Sequence record: PX423614.1
Direction: 5' to 3' (one strand)
DNA: 64,000 nt
Source of the DNA: a phage
A model generated the notes under the pieces. The model worked only from the letters and a program-made list of their open reading frames with translations, did not search any database and had not been told where the DNA came from. This document shows positions 44,802 to 55,372 of this stretch, piece after piece (position 1 is the stretch's first letter; every line of letters begins with the position of its first letter). A program made the position numbers and the translations under genes.

Positions 44802-45063
44802 AGAAAGAGAAGTCTTTGAATCTATGAACAAGGAAAACACACATGATCAAGTATCTACGAAACAAGTTCTTCGCTTTAGCTATCGTAATTGGAGAGGCGA
44901 AGTTGCAGACCGCTCCGTTATTCCTTTACGAACCTCAGTTGCTTCTTCCCGTTATCATAATGGGGGCAAACCTTGTTGGATAATGACCGCTTGGGACAAC
45001 GACAAGAACGACATTCGAGAGTTCAAACTCTCTGATATTATTAAGTATTATGATTTAATCTAG
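44761..45063 (+). CDS. hypothetical protein
   Basis: ORF track. Confidence 0.45.
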   Translation: MMQDANLKNLETPEEREVFESMNKENTHDQVSTKQVLRFSYRNWRGEVADRSVIPLRTSVASSRYHNGGKPCWIMTAWDNDKNDIREFKLSDIIKYYDLI

Positions 45064-45253
45064 GAGATTTTATGATTGAAGAAGAAAATTGGGATGTATG
45101 ACGAATTTGATGGATTCTAGTAGCCTTGGGTTTTCTCTTTGTTCTAATAGTTCCTATTAAGAGTAAGGACACACCCCTACTGTACAGTAGATATGGCAAG
45201 AGAAGTGATAAAGGTTTGATATAAAACGTCGAACCTGTATCTAGAAATAAAGA

Positions 45254-45289
45254 AGCCCCCTTCCTTTTTACAGGTTGGGGGCTTTTCTT
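45254..45289. terminator. bidirectional terminator between convergent + and - strand modules
   Basis: AGCCCCC...GGGGGCT hairpin flanked by an A-run upstream and T-run downstream. Confidence 0.6.
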
Positions 45290-45291
45290 GT

Positions 45292-48200
45292 TTACTCCTT
45301 AGCTCGAACTCTAACACGAAGTTTAGCTTGACGCTTACTTCTCTCCAACTTGTCAGACAGAGAACCACGTTTGACTTTCAACTCTCCCTCGTCATTATAC
45401 TTCTCCAAGAACTGTAAATACTCTTGTCGAGTAGTTGTCTTGTAAGAAGGAATCTTAGCATTAGGATTCGCTTCAATCACACGTCTAATCTTAGCTACAT
45501 CATCCCTCCCTAAAAGTTTCCCTTTAGCTTGTTCTGCTGTAGAACCAAAGATTTTCTCAAGTGCTCGAGATTTGTTACCACCTGCTGAAGCAGCACCAAG
45601 TTTCGCAATAGCAGAATAATCATCAGCACTAAACCAAGCCACTGGATTATCTCCATAACGTTTCTTGTTCTCAGCAGCAGTCTGTAGAGCACGCACAAAT
45701 CGACGGTTGTTACCAGCCTTATCTGCACCATGAACCCTATCTAGAACCTCTGCAACACTCGCCAACTCCTGCAAGTCTTTCCCTTCAATAAAAGCTTTCT
45801 CTGCTTTGTTAGCAAAGTCATCTTCCTGCTTCTTAATACTTTCAAGAATATCAGAGTTAGCCTGAGATCTTTCATCCTCAGGTAGAGCCGAACGAATCTT
45901 CTCCATTTCTTTCTCTTCATCTAAAAGTTTCTTAAAGTCAGAATCAACTTTACGAGCATCTTCGATAGCTTTTGATGTTTCTGCATCAAGGTCAGAAGCT
46001 TTCCCATCTGCATCACCAGTTGCCTTAGCAATCTCTCTTTCGATTGGAGTAGCTGTTTCATACTTCTTAACAAACTTCTCTACGTCAGATTCGATACGAG
46101 CACGAGCATTCTGATGTTCCACTGGAGTCATAGGTTTCTCTAACAAAGCATACCGATTGTCCATATAAGAACCAGCATACGCTTCAGCATCCTCCCTAGA
46201 AACCCCCTTCTCTTCCAGAGTATTGACTAAACGCTTATGAATGTCATCACGTTGACGTTGAACTGCCATTAGGTCATTCTCTCGTTCCTGAGCTTCTTTC
46301 AGAGCCTTATCTCTCTTCACTCTAGAATCAATATCAAACCTACGGTTCATTTCCTCAGCCTGTTCATACATCCTATTCCACTTAGCCTCACGAGCATCTT
46401 CCTCTGCTTCGGTCAAACGACGTTTGCGATCGAGATAATCACTCTCAGCGTTGTGAATACGTTCAATAATACTACGGAAACGCTCTGGTGGTACTGGAGA
46501 GTTTTTATCGTGGTGAGCAGCAAGCTGTTTCAAAGTACGACCTTCCTGAGCTTCTCTGACACTTTCAGGCAATTCTTTGAACATCTTCTCCATCTCGGAT
46601 TTCTGAGCCGCTATAGCTTCCAAGGACTGCTTTTCAGCTTCCATAGCTGCCTTGGCATCATTACGAGCCTTAGCTCTGTTACGGAGCGTCTCAAGACGTT
46701 CTTGACGTGCTTGCAAGTGTTTAGCCGCTGCTTCGTATTGAGAGTTCTTGTTAGCCTTGTTGAACATGTTAACTTCTCGGTTATAGGTATTAATAAACCC
46801 ATCCCACACATCCTTCATTTGACCAACTTCCAAAGCCTCAACCCTTCCAGCTTTCTCTGAAGATTTAAACTTACTCTCCACAAAGTCTTCCATGATCTTA
46901 CGCATAGCATCTTTCTGAGCAGGACGTAAAGGTTCTGCATCAAGCAGTGTACCAATTTCATCCTGAAGCTCTTTCTTCTGATCTACCAGTTTAGGAGCAT
47001 CTTTCTTGTCAAACGCTTTATTCTCTTCCAGAGCCTCTCGATAGAGACGGTCAAATTCATCATCTCTCTGTTTCTGATATAAACGTTCAGCTCTTCGTTT
47101 CAGTGAATCTAGGCTTGTGACGTTTCCACCCAAACCCTTCTCTTCAGCACGTAAAGCCTTAGTAGCAATATCAGAAGGCAATCCACGCTCTTTTACCCAA
47201 TCAGCAAAAGAAGAACGAACATGTTGAGACTTAGCAGAAGCAATACCTTGCTGTGAAGCTAGCTGGTTTCTAGCCATCTCTTCATGACGCTGTGTGTTGT
47301 TTGCTTGGTCTTCCTGACGGATACGACGCATAAGCTCTTTAGGGTCTCCTTTATAAGAAAGGAAGTTTTCCGCAGTAGCTTTAGCTTTAGCAGCAGCCGA
47401 ATACAAAGAACGAGCAAATCGGTCAGCACGATCTTTTGTTGCCTGACGGGCAGCAGTTGACATGGAAGCCAGACGCTCTACACCGAGTGATGGTTTAACA
47501 GGCTCAGGAGCCTTCTCAGGAGCTTTAGGCGCACGAGCAGGTAATGGCTCAGGTTTCTCTTGAGGTTCCTCTACGGTCTTCTCAGGAGCTTCTTTGGCAC
47601 GTTCTGCTTCCTCTGCTTCTTGACGTTTCTTCGCTTCTGCTACAGCCCTGCGCTGAGCTACTAGCTCTCTCGCTGTCAATGCTTCTTGCTGTGGTTCAGG
47701 TTCTGGAGTAGTGCTTTCTTGAGCCTGAGCAGCTTCCGCTTCTTGACGTCTAAGTTCTGCTTGTTGTAGAGCACGTCTTTGAGCAACTAAATCTCTTGCC
47801 GTAAGAGGTGTTTCAGTAGGAGCTGGAGAGGAAGGAATTTCTTCCGTCACAGTAGTAGCAGAAGGCTCCTCACGAACCGGTTCGGAAGGGGCATCATTTT
47901 GGGTACGGAATTTGATGTCTTCTGTGGTTGGTTCTTCTTCCATTTTTGCTCTTGCTTCTTCGGCTTGAGTTCTAGCTCGTTGTACTTCTAAATCCGCTCT
48001 AGCCAAAGAACGAATAGCTTCACTATTAGCTGACTGTTGTTTCTCTCGTTGAGCACGAGCACGGTCAGAAGTGAAACGATTAAGCACATACTTAGCCGCA
48101 CCAAGAGGATTCTTAACCAAGACAGGAGCTGGAGCTTCACGGAAACCATCATCAGTCAGAGAGGTCCAACCGCGATCTTGGTTGCTCATGAACTTAGCCG

Positions 48201-49737
48201 TGTTATTTAAAGTGAAAGCATCTTGAATAGGATTAAACCCTTCAGGCATACCTTTCAGTTTCTTCAACCCACCAATAGCCTTCTTCATCTCTGGAGAAAC
48301 ATTCTCAGAGAGTTTTTGCAACTGAGTAGCTTTATCAATAAAGTTATTTAGATCTTCACCATCACGAGCTTTGAAACGATTTGCTTCACTGTAGAAGGTC
48401 TTGTAGGCATCAATAAAGTCACGGTCAGCTTGTGTACGATTCTTAATGTCAATAGCACTACCGGTAAAGTCACCACTCGCTCGGAGAGCTACTAACTCTC
48501 GGTCTAGGTTGTCTAGAACATCAGTAAGAGCTTTGGTGTTGTCTTTAGTGTAGTCAGCCATCGCATCTTTCATTGCTACAGCTTGTTTCTGGTTATACTC
48601 ATTGTCAGCAAAAGCTTTACCTTGAGTCTTCTTAGGAGAAGCTAAAGGATTGAGACCGGGAACGTTAGAACTGTCTTTCTGAACAGTAGCAGCCTTCTCT
48701 GCACGACTTTGGTCTGTATTTAAGATGCGCTGAACAGCAGGAGAATCCATAGCAACTGCATCAGTGATACGGAAACCGTTTTCATCTAGAAGATTTAAAG
48801 CAGAAGCAGCATTAGCATTCTCAGCTTTAGAGTAGGCTTCACGAAGTTCATCAGCATTAGCAGCTTTACGAATCACTTCATCTTCAGCAGCAATGTCAGT
48901 TTTAACATGCTCAGGAGTACGGTCAAATACTTGAGGGCTAGAACGACTTATCAATCCATGAACCCCACCAATTGCCCCACCATAAGCAGCACCAAGTGCA
49001 CCCTCTTCAATAGCCCCTTCTAAGACATTAGCGAGAGTAGTATCATCCCCATGTTTGTTCTGAGCTTCAGCAGCACCTACAATAGCACCACCCTTAGCAC
49101 CCGCAACTGCGTTGGAAGCTACGCTCTGTCCTACACGACCAAGAGTCGTAGAAGCTGTACCAGTCATACCCGGAAGGATTTTCTGAGCAGCGTAGTTAGC
49201 GCCACCAACAAGAGCAGCATCCAGAACTGATTTGTCTTCATCTTCTTTTGGAGTTTGGTCAGCATATGCACGACCTGTTTCACGAGCCGCAATAACAGCA
49301 GCAGCAACAGCAGGGTTTGCAACTGTCAAACCAATATCAGCAGCAACTCCAGCATACTGACCAGCTGTTTTACCAAAACCATCTTCTATCTTAGATAAGC
49401 GCTCTTCCAACAATTGCTTGGAGTTCTCTTGAATACGCTTACCGTAGCTTGTTTCTGAACCAGTTAAGTTTTCACCAATCTCTACCAGCCCACCTATACC
49501 TCTAGCAGCACTAGCTGCAATGTTAGCACCACCAGATTGAAGAGCGTTAGACACACCTTGAGCAAACTCCCCAATAGCACCTCGTTCTTCTTGTTGTGGT
49601 TGCTCTTGTGGTTGAGTCTCAGGAATAGTGCCCCCTGCTGCCTTGTATTGTTCTCTCATTTGAGCCTGTTGCTCTGGAGAGGCATTCAGATACGCAGGAG
49701 CTTTGGAAGCTTCTTCCCACGATTTTAAATTAGCCAT
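45292..49737 (-). CDS. large internal virion protein (1481 aa)
   Basis: very long ORF with Ala/Gly-rich N-terminal region and extensive charged helical segments; TAATGTATA motif about 50 bp upstream on the - strand. Confidence 0.6.
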   Translation of the reverse strand: MANLKSWEEASKAPAYLNASPEQQAQMREQYKAAGGTIPETQPQEQPQQEERGAIGEFAQGVSNALQSGGANIAASAARGIGGLVEIGENLTGSETSYGKRIQENSKQLLEERLSKIEDGFGKTAGQYAGVAADIGLTVANPAVAAAVIAARETGRAYADQTPKEDEDKSVLDAALVGGANYAAQKILPGMTGTASTTLGRVGQSVASNAVAGAKGGAIVGAAEAQNKHGDDTTLANVLEGAIEEGALGAAYGGAIGGVHGLISRSSPQVFDRTPEHVKTDIAAEDEVIRKAANADELREAYSKAENANAASALNLLDENGFRITDAVAMDSPAVQRILNTDQSRAEKAATVQKDSSNVPGLNPLASPKKTQGKAFADNEYNQKQAVAMKDAMADYTKDNTKALTDVLDNLDRELVALRASGDFTGSAIDIKNRTQADRDFIDAYKTFYSEANRFKARDGEDLNNFIDKATQLQKLSENVSPEMKKAIGGLKKLKGMPEGFNPIQDAFTLNNTAKFMSNQDRGWTSLTDDGFREAPAPVLVKNPLGAAKYVLNRFTSDRARAQREKQQSANSEAIRSLARADLEVQRARTQAEEARAKMEEEPTTEDIKFRTQNDAPSEPVREEPSATTVTEEIPSSPAPTETPLTARDLVAQRRALQQAELRRQEAEAAQAQESTTPEPEPQQEALTARELVAQRRAVAEAKKRQEAEEAERAKEAPEKTVEEPQEKPEPLPARAPKAPEKAPEPVKPSLGVERLASMSTAARQATKDRADRFARSLYSAAAKAKATAENFLSYKGDPKELMRRIRQEDQANNTQRHEEMARNQLASQQGIASAKSQHVRSSFADWVKERGLPSDIATKALRAEEKGLGGNVTSLDSLKRRAERLYQKQRDDEFDRLYREALEENKAFDKKDAPKLVDQKKELQDEIGTLLDAEPLRPAQKDAMRKIMEDFVESKFKSSEKAGRVEALEVGQMKDVWDGFINTYNREVNMFNKANKNSQYEAAAKHLQARQERLETLRNRAKARNDAKAAMEAEKQSLEAIAAQKSEMEKMFKELPESVREAQEGRTLKQLAAHHDKNSPVPPERFRSIIERIHNAESDYLDRKRRLTEAEEDAREAKWNRMYEQAEEMNRRFDIDSRVKRDKALKEAQERENDLMAVQRQRDDIHKRLVNTLEEKGVSREDAEAYAGSYMDNRYALLEKPMTPVEHQNARARIESDVEKFVKKYETATPIEREIAKATGDADGKASDLDAETSKAIEDARKVDSDFKKLLDEEKEMEKIRSALPEDERSQANSDILESIKKQEDDFANKAEKAFIEGKDLQELASVAEVLDRVHGADKAGNNRRFVRALQTAAENKKRYGDNPVAWFSADDYSAIAKLGAASAGGNKSRALEKIFGSTAEQAKGKLLGRDDVAKIRRVIEANPNAKIPSYKTTTRQEYLQFLEKYNDEGELKVKRGSLSDKLERSKRQAKLRVRVRAKE

Positions 49738-49807
49738 AACGTCTCCTTATAAATAAAAATGTCCTACCTCCTATATACATTATAAGAGATAGGACTTAGG
49801 TCTTAGA

Positions 49808-51475
49808 TTACTGGAACATCCAACTCGTATCTGCCGCTGAAGAAGAAAGAGCACCTGTTAAGCGAGGATTTGTAGTATCTCCACCAACAGCTGCTTCGGC
49901 TTCATTCTCAAACGTACCGAATGGGTCATAGAAACCAGCAGAGGGGATAGCACGGTTGACAAGAGCTGTAGCTCTTTTCTTATCCATACCAGAACCGATA
50001 TATGCCTCAATTGTTGCTTTCTTAGCATCCTTCACACCTTTCTCAGCGGAAGTAGCACCAACAGTTGCCTGCTTACGAGCATACGACAGAGCAGCATCAG
50101 AAGGACGATAGCCTGCTTTAAGGGACCAAGTATTACCAACCTTAACAAAGATTGACGGGTCTTCTGCAAAGTGAGCCAAGTCATCAGCTTGGAGAGAGCG
50201 GTTAGCACCAATTTCTGCCCTTGCGGAGTTCATGATAGCCTGCATGTAAGCAGAACGAGCAGTTTGATAATCCTTATCTTTAACAGCTTTGTCAGCTAAA
50301 TCCAAGTCTTTATGAGACTGATTAAACAGACCCGCTTTTTCTGCCCACTGCTTAGCAACGGTACCTTCTGCTGTGTTCTGAGCCAGACGAACTTCTTTAG
50401 GGTTGAAAGTAAAGCTCTGAGCAGCTTTCTCTGCACGCTCTGCTTTAACTTGATCACGATATCCAATAAGTTCTTTCTGTTTCTCGAACTGAGCATTAGC
50501 ACGTTCTTCAGCAGCACGACGAGTTTCAGCAGCACGTTCCCGCATCGAATTCTCTTGAATCTGTTGACGTCTATCCCACTCACGATTGGCACGTTCTTCA
50601 TCCTGAGCAGCAAGAGCCATTTTCTCCTGAGGACTCATCTGACGCATCTTGAGAAGAGAAGGATCTCCCGAAGCAATTGCAGCAGCAACTGAATCTTGAG
50701 AGTAGCCTTGTTCTAACAGAGCATCACGGTTGGCTTCTAGTTGTTGTTTAGTTTCATCCTGAGCAGCTAAGCCAGAACCAATCTGGAAAGCTTCAATAGG
50801 GGATTTACCTGACATAATAGAAAGACCAACACCCATTAAGCCAGTGTAGAAACTAGACTTCTGGTAGAACGGTTGCTTCTGAAGCTCATTCCAAGCTTGT
50901 GCTGGATCTTTAGCTTTAGCTACTTCCATAATATCATTATTAATACGTTCTTGGTCTTTAGCACGAGTTGCACCAGCCATACCTTCAGGAGCTGGATTAC
51001 TATTAGCTAGAGTGTTAATAACATTCTGAGCCTGTTCCACTTGAACTGGAGAGAACTCTTTATCTGTTTCTTCCAGAGGTTTACGAGGAGGAGTAACAGG
51101 AAGCGGGTCACTAGGCATCAACCCAGCAGCTTGTAGACCCTCATCAGAGGATAGATCTGGGTTATTTATAGCAGGAGCTGGTTCGCCAATATCAATACCC
51201 TGAAGGCTTGTAGGAGTCCCTTGATTCTCTGCTTCCATAAGGCGCTGTCTAAATCCCGGATTTAACATAGCTTCTTGGTCTTCTTGAGCATTGGCAACAA
51301 GAGAAGACAAACCTACAGGAGAAGCAGGAGGTCTCCGGTTATACATAGAAACATCAGCAGCTGGATAAGCAGGTCTTGCCATGTATGGAGAGGCCGAAGC
51401 GGCCCCTTGTTTAACACCATAAATCTGATTTCTTGGGTCTTGACTGCGAAGATACGCATAAGAAGTTTGTTGCAT
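49808..51475 (-). CDS. virion internal protein (555 aa)
   Basis: ORF track; part of co-directional late operon. Confidence 0.55.
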   Translation of the reverse strand: MQQTSYAYLRSQDPRNQIYGVKQGAASASPYMARPAYPAADVSMYNRRPPASPVGLSSLVANAQEDQEAMLNPGFRQRLMEAENQGTPTSLQGIDIGEPAPAINNPDLSSDEGLQAAGLMPSDPLPVTPPRKPLEETDKEFSPVQVEQAQNVINTLANSNPAPEGMAGATRAKDQERINNDIMEVAKAKDPAQAWNELQKQPFYQKSSFYTGLMGVGLSIMSGKSPIEAFQIGSGLAAQDETKQQLEANRDALLEQGYSQDSVAAAIASGDPSLLKMRQMSPQEKMALAAQDEERANREWDRRQQIQENSMRERAAETRRAAEERANAQFEKQKELIGYRDQVKAERAEKAAQSFTFNPKEVRLAQNTAEGTVAKQWAEKAGLFNQSHKDLDLADKAVKDKDYQTARSAYMQAIMNSARAEIGANRSLQADDLAHFAEDPSIFVKVGNTWSLKAGYRPSDAALSYARKQATVGATSAEKGVKDAKKATIEAYIGSGMDKKRATALVNRAIPSAGFYDPFGTFENEAEAAVGGDTTNPRLTGALSSSAADTSWMFQ

Positions 51476-51489
51476 AATTATTCTCCTAA

Positions 51490-52458
51490 TTAAGAGCTAG
51501 CTAAGCCACCGATAACACCGCCAGCTAAAGCACCCCAAGGGCCAAAAGCTGAACCAGCAGCAGCACCACTAGCAGCACCACCTAGGAAGCCTCCGCTACC
51601 ACCAGATGTTTTAGTAGTTGTGGTTGTCCCTAAAGCTCCATTAAGAACCCCGGCAGCACCTAGTTGATTGTTAATATCCTGCCAACCCCAATTAGCAGCA
51701 TTCTGAGCATTCTCATAAGCATTGTTCAAATCAGACTGCTGTTGTTGCTGCTGTTGCAGTCCTGCATTCCACTGATTCATCATTTGCTGTTGTGATAACT
51801 GACCAGCTTGGTTTCCTAGATTAGCAAGATTGGAGCCAATGTTAGATAAACCACCCAAAGCAGATGCTTGTGTTTGTCTATTACCAGAAAGAATGTTCTG
51901 TGCTTGAGTTAGAGCGGAGTCATAAGCACTATTAGTAATATTGGTTGCTGTGTTCTGCATCTGGTTCAGAGCATCACCTTGAGCAAAAGATTTAGCCATA
52001 CGTGCACCAGAACCTTGCTGACCAGCAAACTGCTGAGAAATTTGAGGAAGTGCATTCCTAGCCAAACTCTGTTGGGTTTGTTCATTATTCGCTGCAATAG
52101 CTGCTTGCACAGCCTCATCGTCATAGAGCTGGCCTGCAAGAGCACCAATCTGTTCTCCAGTGATTTGACCAGAGTTTGCAAGGTTGTTGTATCCAGAGTA
52201 TGCGTTATCTAGATACCCTAAACCAGATTGGGCAGCATCCATGTATTGAGAAGAAAGTGCACCTAATGCACCAGATTGTGATAGATTGTTCAGAGCCTCT
52301 TGCTGGTTTTGATTAAGTCCAACATTTTCTCGATACACATAATCGCCTGAACTAGTGTTATTAACCTGATTGACCAACTGATCAATATAGGATTGAATGT
52401 AGTCAGGTCTTGTCATTTTAGAAGTAGTCTTGCTACTCCCACCACCAAATAAAGCCAT
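51490..52458 (-). CDS. Gln/Asn/Gly-rich virion protein, paralog 1
   Basis: N-terminus MALFGGGSSKTT and Q/N-rich repeats shared with the next gene. Confidence 0.55.
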   Translation of the reverse strand: MALFGGGSSKTTSKMTRPDYIQSYIDQLVNQVNNTSSGDYVYRENVGLNQNQQEALNNLSQSGALGALSSQYMDAAQSGLGYLDNAYSGYNNLANSGQITGEQIGALAGQLYDDEAVQAAIAANNEQTQQSLARNALPQISQQFAGQQGSGARMAKSFAQGDALNQMQNTATNITNSAYDSALTQAQNILSGNRQTQASALGGLSNIGSNLANLGNQAGQLSQQQMMNQWNAGLQQQQQQQSDLNNAYENAQNAANWGWQDINNQLGAAGVLNGALGTTTTTKTSGGSGGFLGGAASGAAAGSAFGPWGALAGGVIGGLASS

Positions 52459-52467
52459 AGCTCCTCC

Positions 52468-53520
52468 TTAATTTGCTCCAAAGGCTCCTAGAACACCACC
52501 TAAGATATTACTCCCTGCGGTAGATAACCAGTTGCTCTGACCGTTCTGTTGAGACAGGTTTGAGCCACCAATCATAGGACCAGCCATCCCAGCTTGACCT
52601 CCAGAAGCATTGTACGAATTCCAAGCATTAGTAGTTTGCTGGTTAGGGGTAAAAGCACCTAGACGACCAGCAATACCAAGACCAGTAACCCCAGCACCAA
52701 GGATTTGTTGTGAAGCATTAGGGGCAGCACCTCTATTAGTAATAGTGTACCCAGCCATTGGACTTACTGAGTTTAATACATTAAGCTGATTGTTAAGCTG
52801 ATTCCAACCATACTGCTGACTGCCAATATCATTCTCCCAATTGTTGTTAGCTTGGAGTTGATCTTGCTGCTGTTGAAGGTTTCCAGCAGTGAGCTGATTC
52901 TGTATTGCCTGTTGACCAGCTTGCACCCCAGCAGCTCCTAGGTTCAGATTCTGATTTGCTAAACCAGACTGAGCATTGAGCAAACCTTGCTGATAAGAGT
53001 TGTTATTCAGAAGATTACTAACACCCATATTTTTACCCTGAATAGAGCGAGAGAGGTTAGTATTCGCTGAAGAAAGAGCAGCACCTTGAGCAGCAGCGCG
53101 TCTCAGAGAGCCTGAGTCAGAGCCATTGCCAAGAGATACATTAGCAGCAGCTTTGCCTGTAGACTTAGCTAGTGCAGAGTTATTTAATCCAGAACTAAAG
53201 TTATTAACATCTTGAGCAGAGATACCACCTTTATTGACTAGGTTTTGGTATTTCTGAGCCAACTCATTCATCTGGTCTAGCCCTTGTTGAGTCCGAGGGG
53301 TATACATCTGACTGAGTTGGTTAAGTGTGTTAGAGTTTGCTAAATTAGAAAGAGCTGCCGTTTGGCCTTCATTGAAGCCCGCTATATTGCGACTGATGAA
53401 CCCTTGGTCATTTTGATTCATAGCTTGGGCATTGGCTACAATCTGTTTCAGAAGAGCATCAACCTGAGAAGACGGAGCTACCGTAGTCTTAGATTTAGGA
53501 GCAGAACCGAAAAGAGACAT
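52468..53520 (-). CDS. Gln/Asn/Gly-rich virion protein, paralog 2
   Basis: N-terminus MSLFGSAPKSKTT; Q/N-rich. Confidence 0.55.
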   Translation of the reverse strand: MSLFGSAPKSKTTVAPSSQVDALLKQIVANAQAMNQNDQGFISRNIAGFNEGQTAALSNLANSNTLNQLSQMYTPRTQQGLDQMNELAQKYQNLVNKGGISAQDVNNFSSGLNNSALAKSTGKAAANVSLGNGSDSGSLRRAAAQGAALSSANTNLSRSIQGKNMGVSNLLNNNSYQQGLLNAQSGLANQNLNLGAAGVQAGQQAIQNQLTAGNLQQQQDQLQANNNWENDIGSQQYGWNQLNNQLNVLNSVSPMAGYTITNRGAAPNASQQILGAGVTGLGIAGRLGAFTPNQQTTNAWNSYNASGGQAGMAGPMIGGSNLSQQNGQSNWLSTAGSNILGGVLGAFGAN

Positions 53521-53529
53521 ATGTCCTCC

Positions 53530-54327
53530 TTATCTGTAAATGTCAGTACCTATGCTAGACAGACGTCTCAGCACAGCTTGTGTTTGTGGACTATATCGAG
53601 AACCTGCTTGAGTAGGGGCATGTGCTCTCTGTACAGTTTGAGAGTTAGGCTGTTTTCCTGCAAGCATAGAAGCAGCTGCCAACACAGCATTACCAAAGTT
53701 CTGTTGAGGTTTTTGATCTTCTCCAGACTGTTGTTCATCAGAGTAAAACTCAACAGGACGACCACCCAAAGCCCCAGCCTTGCTTGCAGCCATCTCTGCT
53801 TGAGTGGGAGCATTTGCAGCACCTTCTCTGGCCAATGTGTTAGGGTCAAACTGGTCCACAGGTTGTACTGCTTTCAAAGCACCTACAGGATTAGCCACTT
53901 GTGCCGCTGCTGTGTTCTTATCAAAGAATGGTAGGAACAGCTTATTATTCATTGAATCTAAAGCTTGAGGTGTAAACCCTTTCTTACCAGCAAACATTTG
54001 CTTAGCACCACCAGTCCCTTCTGAATATCCCACCAAAGCCTTCCTCACATCACCGTCAAAAGCTTTCAGGTTATCTCTTAAATATCTAGCACCCATGTCA
54101 ATATTCTTTGCAGGGTCTAACCTATCTTCAAGTTTATATCCATAATCTTTAGCCAACCCCTTACTGATTTGCATTAAACCTACTGGCCCTGTACCAGATT
54201 CAGCAGAAGGTCTTCCACTAGACTCTCTCTGAATAACTGCGTGAATGAGAGCAGCAGGAATGCCATATTTCTTAGAAGCTTGCTGAACCAAAGGGTCAAG
54301 CTCCGACACTCCTAGTATCTTTGTCAT
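53530..54327 (-). CDS. virion-associated lytic transglycosylase (SLT domain)
   Basis: QRESSGRP...GPVGLMQISKGLAKDYGY matches the SLT catalytic E-S...GLMQ motif. Confidence 0.7.
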   Translation of the reverse strand: MTKILGVSELDPLVQQASKKYGIPAALIHAVIQRESSGRPSAESGTGPVGLMQISKGLAKDYGYKLEDRLDPAKNIDMGARYLRDNLKAFDGDVRKALVGYSEGTGGAKQMFAGKKGFTPQALDSMNNKLFLPFFDKNTAAAQVANPVGALKAVQPVDQFDPNTLAREGAANAPTQAEMAASKAGALGGRPVEFYSDEQQSGEDQKPQQNFGNAVLAAASMLAGKQPNSQTVQRAHAPTQAGSRYSPQTQAVLRRLSSIGTDIYR

Positions 54328-54339
54328 AAAAACTCCTTA

Positions 54340-55371
54340 TCATAAACCTGCAAAAATCTTAGCAGCGTTGATTACAGGGATGGAGATATTAACAGCAGCA
54401 TTAGAACCTAAGTCATAGCTGTTAGACCATTGGAACATATATCTACCATATCCAGTTCCTATTGAAGATCCTGACATGGTATGAGAACGCATTTGTTGAT
54501 AATACCAACCACCCCCACTTCCTCTAATAGCTCCAACTCCAGAAGACAGAGGAATCATAGGATAAGCTAAGCCAGTATCTCCACCTGCTGAGCCTACGAA
54601 AGTGTCTACTGTAAAAGGAGACCTATAAGTAGAGAATACGCACTGAGTAGTTCCGGGAGAGTATATATTTAAACCGCCGTTGTGTTCAGGAACCCCAGCA
54701 CCATTACAAAATACAGCAACCCTAGCAAACACAGAACCACCTTCATTAGTGTTGCCGTTGTTATAAGACCTGTTTTGATAAACTCGAATCACCCTATCTC
54801 CTGATGTATAAGATAAACCAACACCACCATCAGACCAGTTAGCAAAAACTACAGCATTAGGCATATAGAAACCACCAATATCAGGTATCTGTAGAGCGTT
54901 GTTTATAGTTCCTTGCCAAGCCCAGATACATTGACCCACAACCCCAGCATCTGAGATAGAGAAGTAGTCAGCTGTATTAGAGAAGGTTATTCCATAGTTC
55001 CTATCAGCTCTTGGGTAGATTTGATATATATTGAAACCACAGTCAAACAAGGGGTTGCTTCCCGGATTTTGATTTAATGTAACCCTGAACGATGTGTTAT
55101 TCTCTACATAAATATTGTTGACACAATATACATCAGGAATTAAGTTAGGAGGAACCTCCCATTGCCAACAAAGAGATCCTGTTGGTACAATCACTATCTG
55201 ACCACTCCCATCCCACCCGCTAATAGGAAAAGACCTTCCAGCCCCATTAAAGTTAAAACTCCCACTTATTGAATTTTTTATTTGAGGAAAAGTACTTCCG
55301 CTATCAATAAAGAGAGGAGCCGGGGAAGCTGGTCCCGGTCCTACAGGTTGACACCATATTCCATAAGCCAT
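54340..55371 (-). CDS. tail-associated protein
   Basis: ORF track; Gly/Ser/Asn-rich. Confidence 0.5.
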   Translation of the reverse strand: MAYGIWCQPVGPGPASPAPLFIDSGSTFPQIKNSISGSFNFNGAGRSFPISGWDGSGQIVIVPTGSLCWQWEVPPNLIPDVYCVNNIYVENNTSFRVTLNQNPGSNPLFDCGFNIYQIYPRADRNYGITFSNTADYFSISDAGVVGQCIWAWQGTINNALQIPDIGGFYMPNAVVFANWSDGGVGLSYTSGDRVIRVYQNRSYNNGNTNEGGSVFARVAVFCNGAGVPEHNGGLNIYSPGTTQCVFSTYRSPFTVDTFVGSAGGDTGLAYPMIPLSSGVGAIRGSGGGWYYQQMRSHTMSGSSIGTGYGRYMFQWSNSYDLGSNAAVNISIPVINAAKIFAGL

Positions 55372-55372
55372 A

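Noticed and set aside
650-45063. Track ORFs on the - strand within the + strand early/middle module (for example 796-993, 4238-4504, 9177-9620, 11122-11550, 13890-14249, 15927-16310, 19435-19689, 31725-32051, 33916-34314)
   Set aside because: All overlap better-supported + strand genes antisense; the whole region is transcribed rightward toward the convergent terminator at ~45.27 kb.
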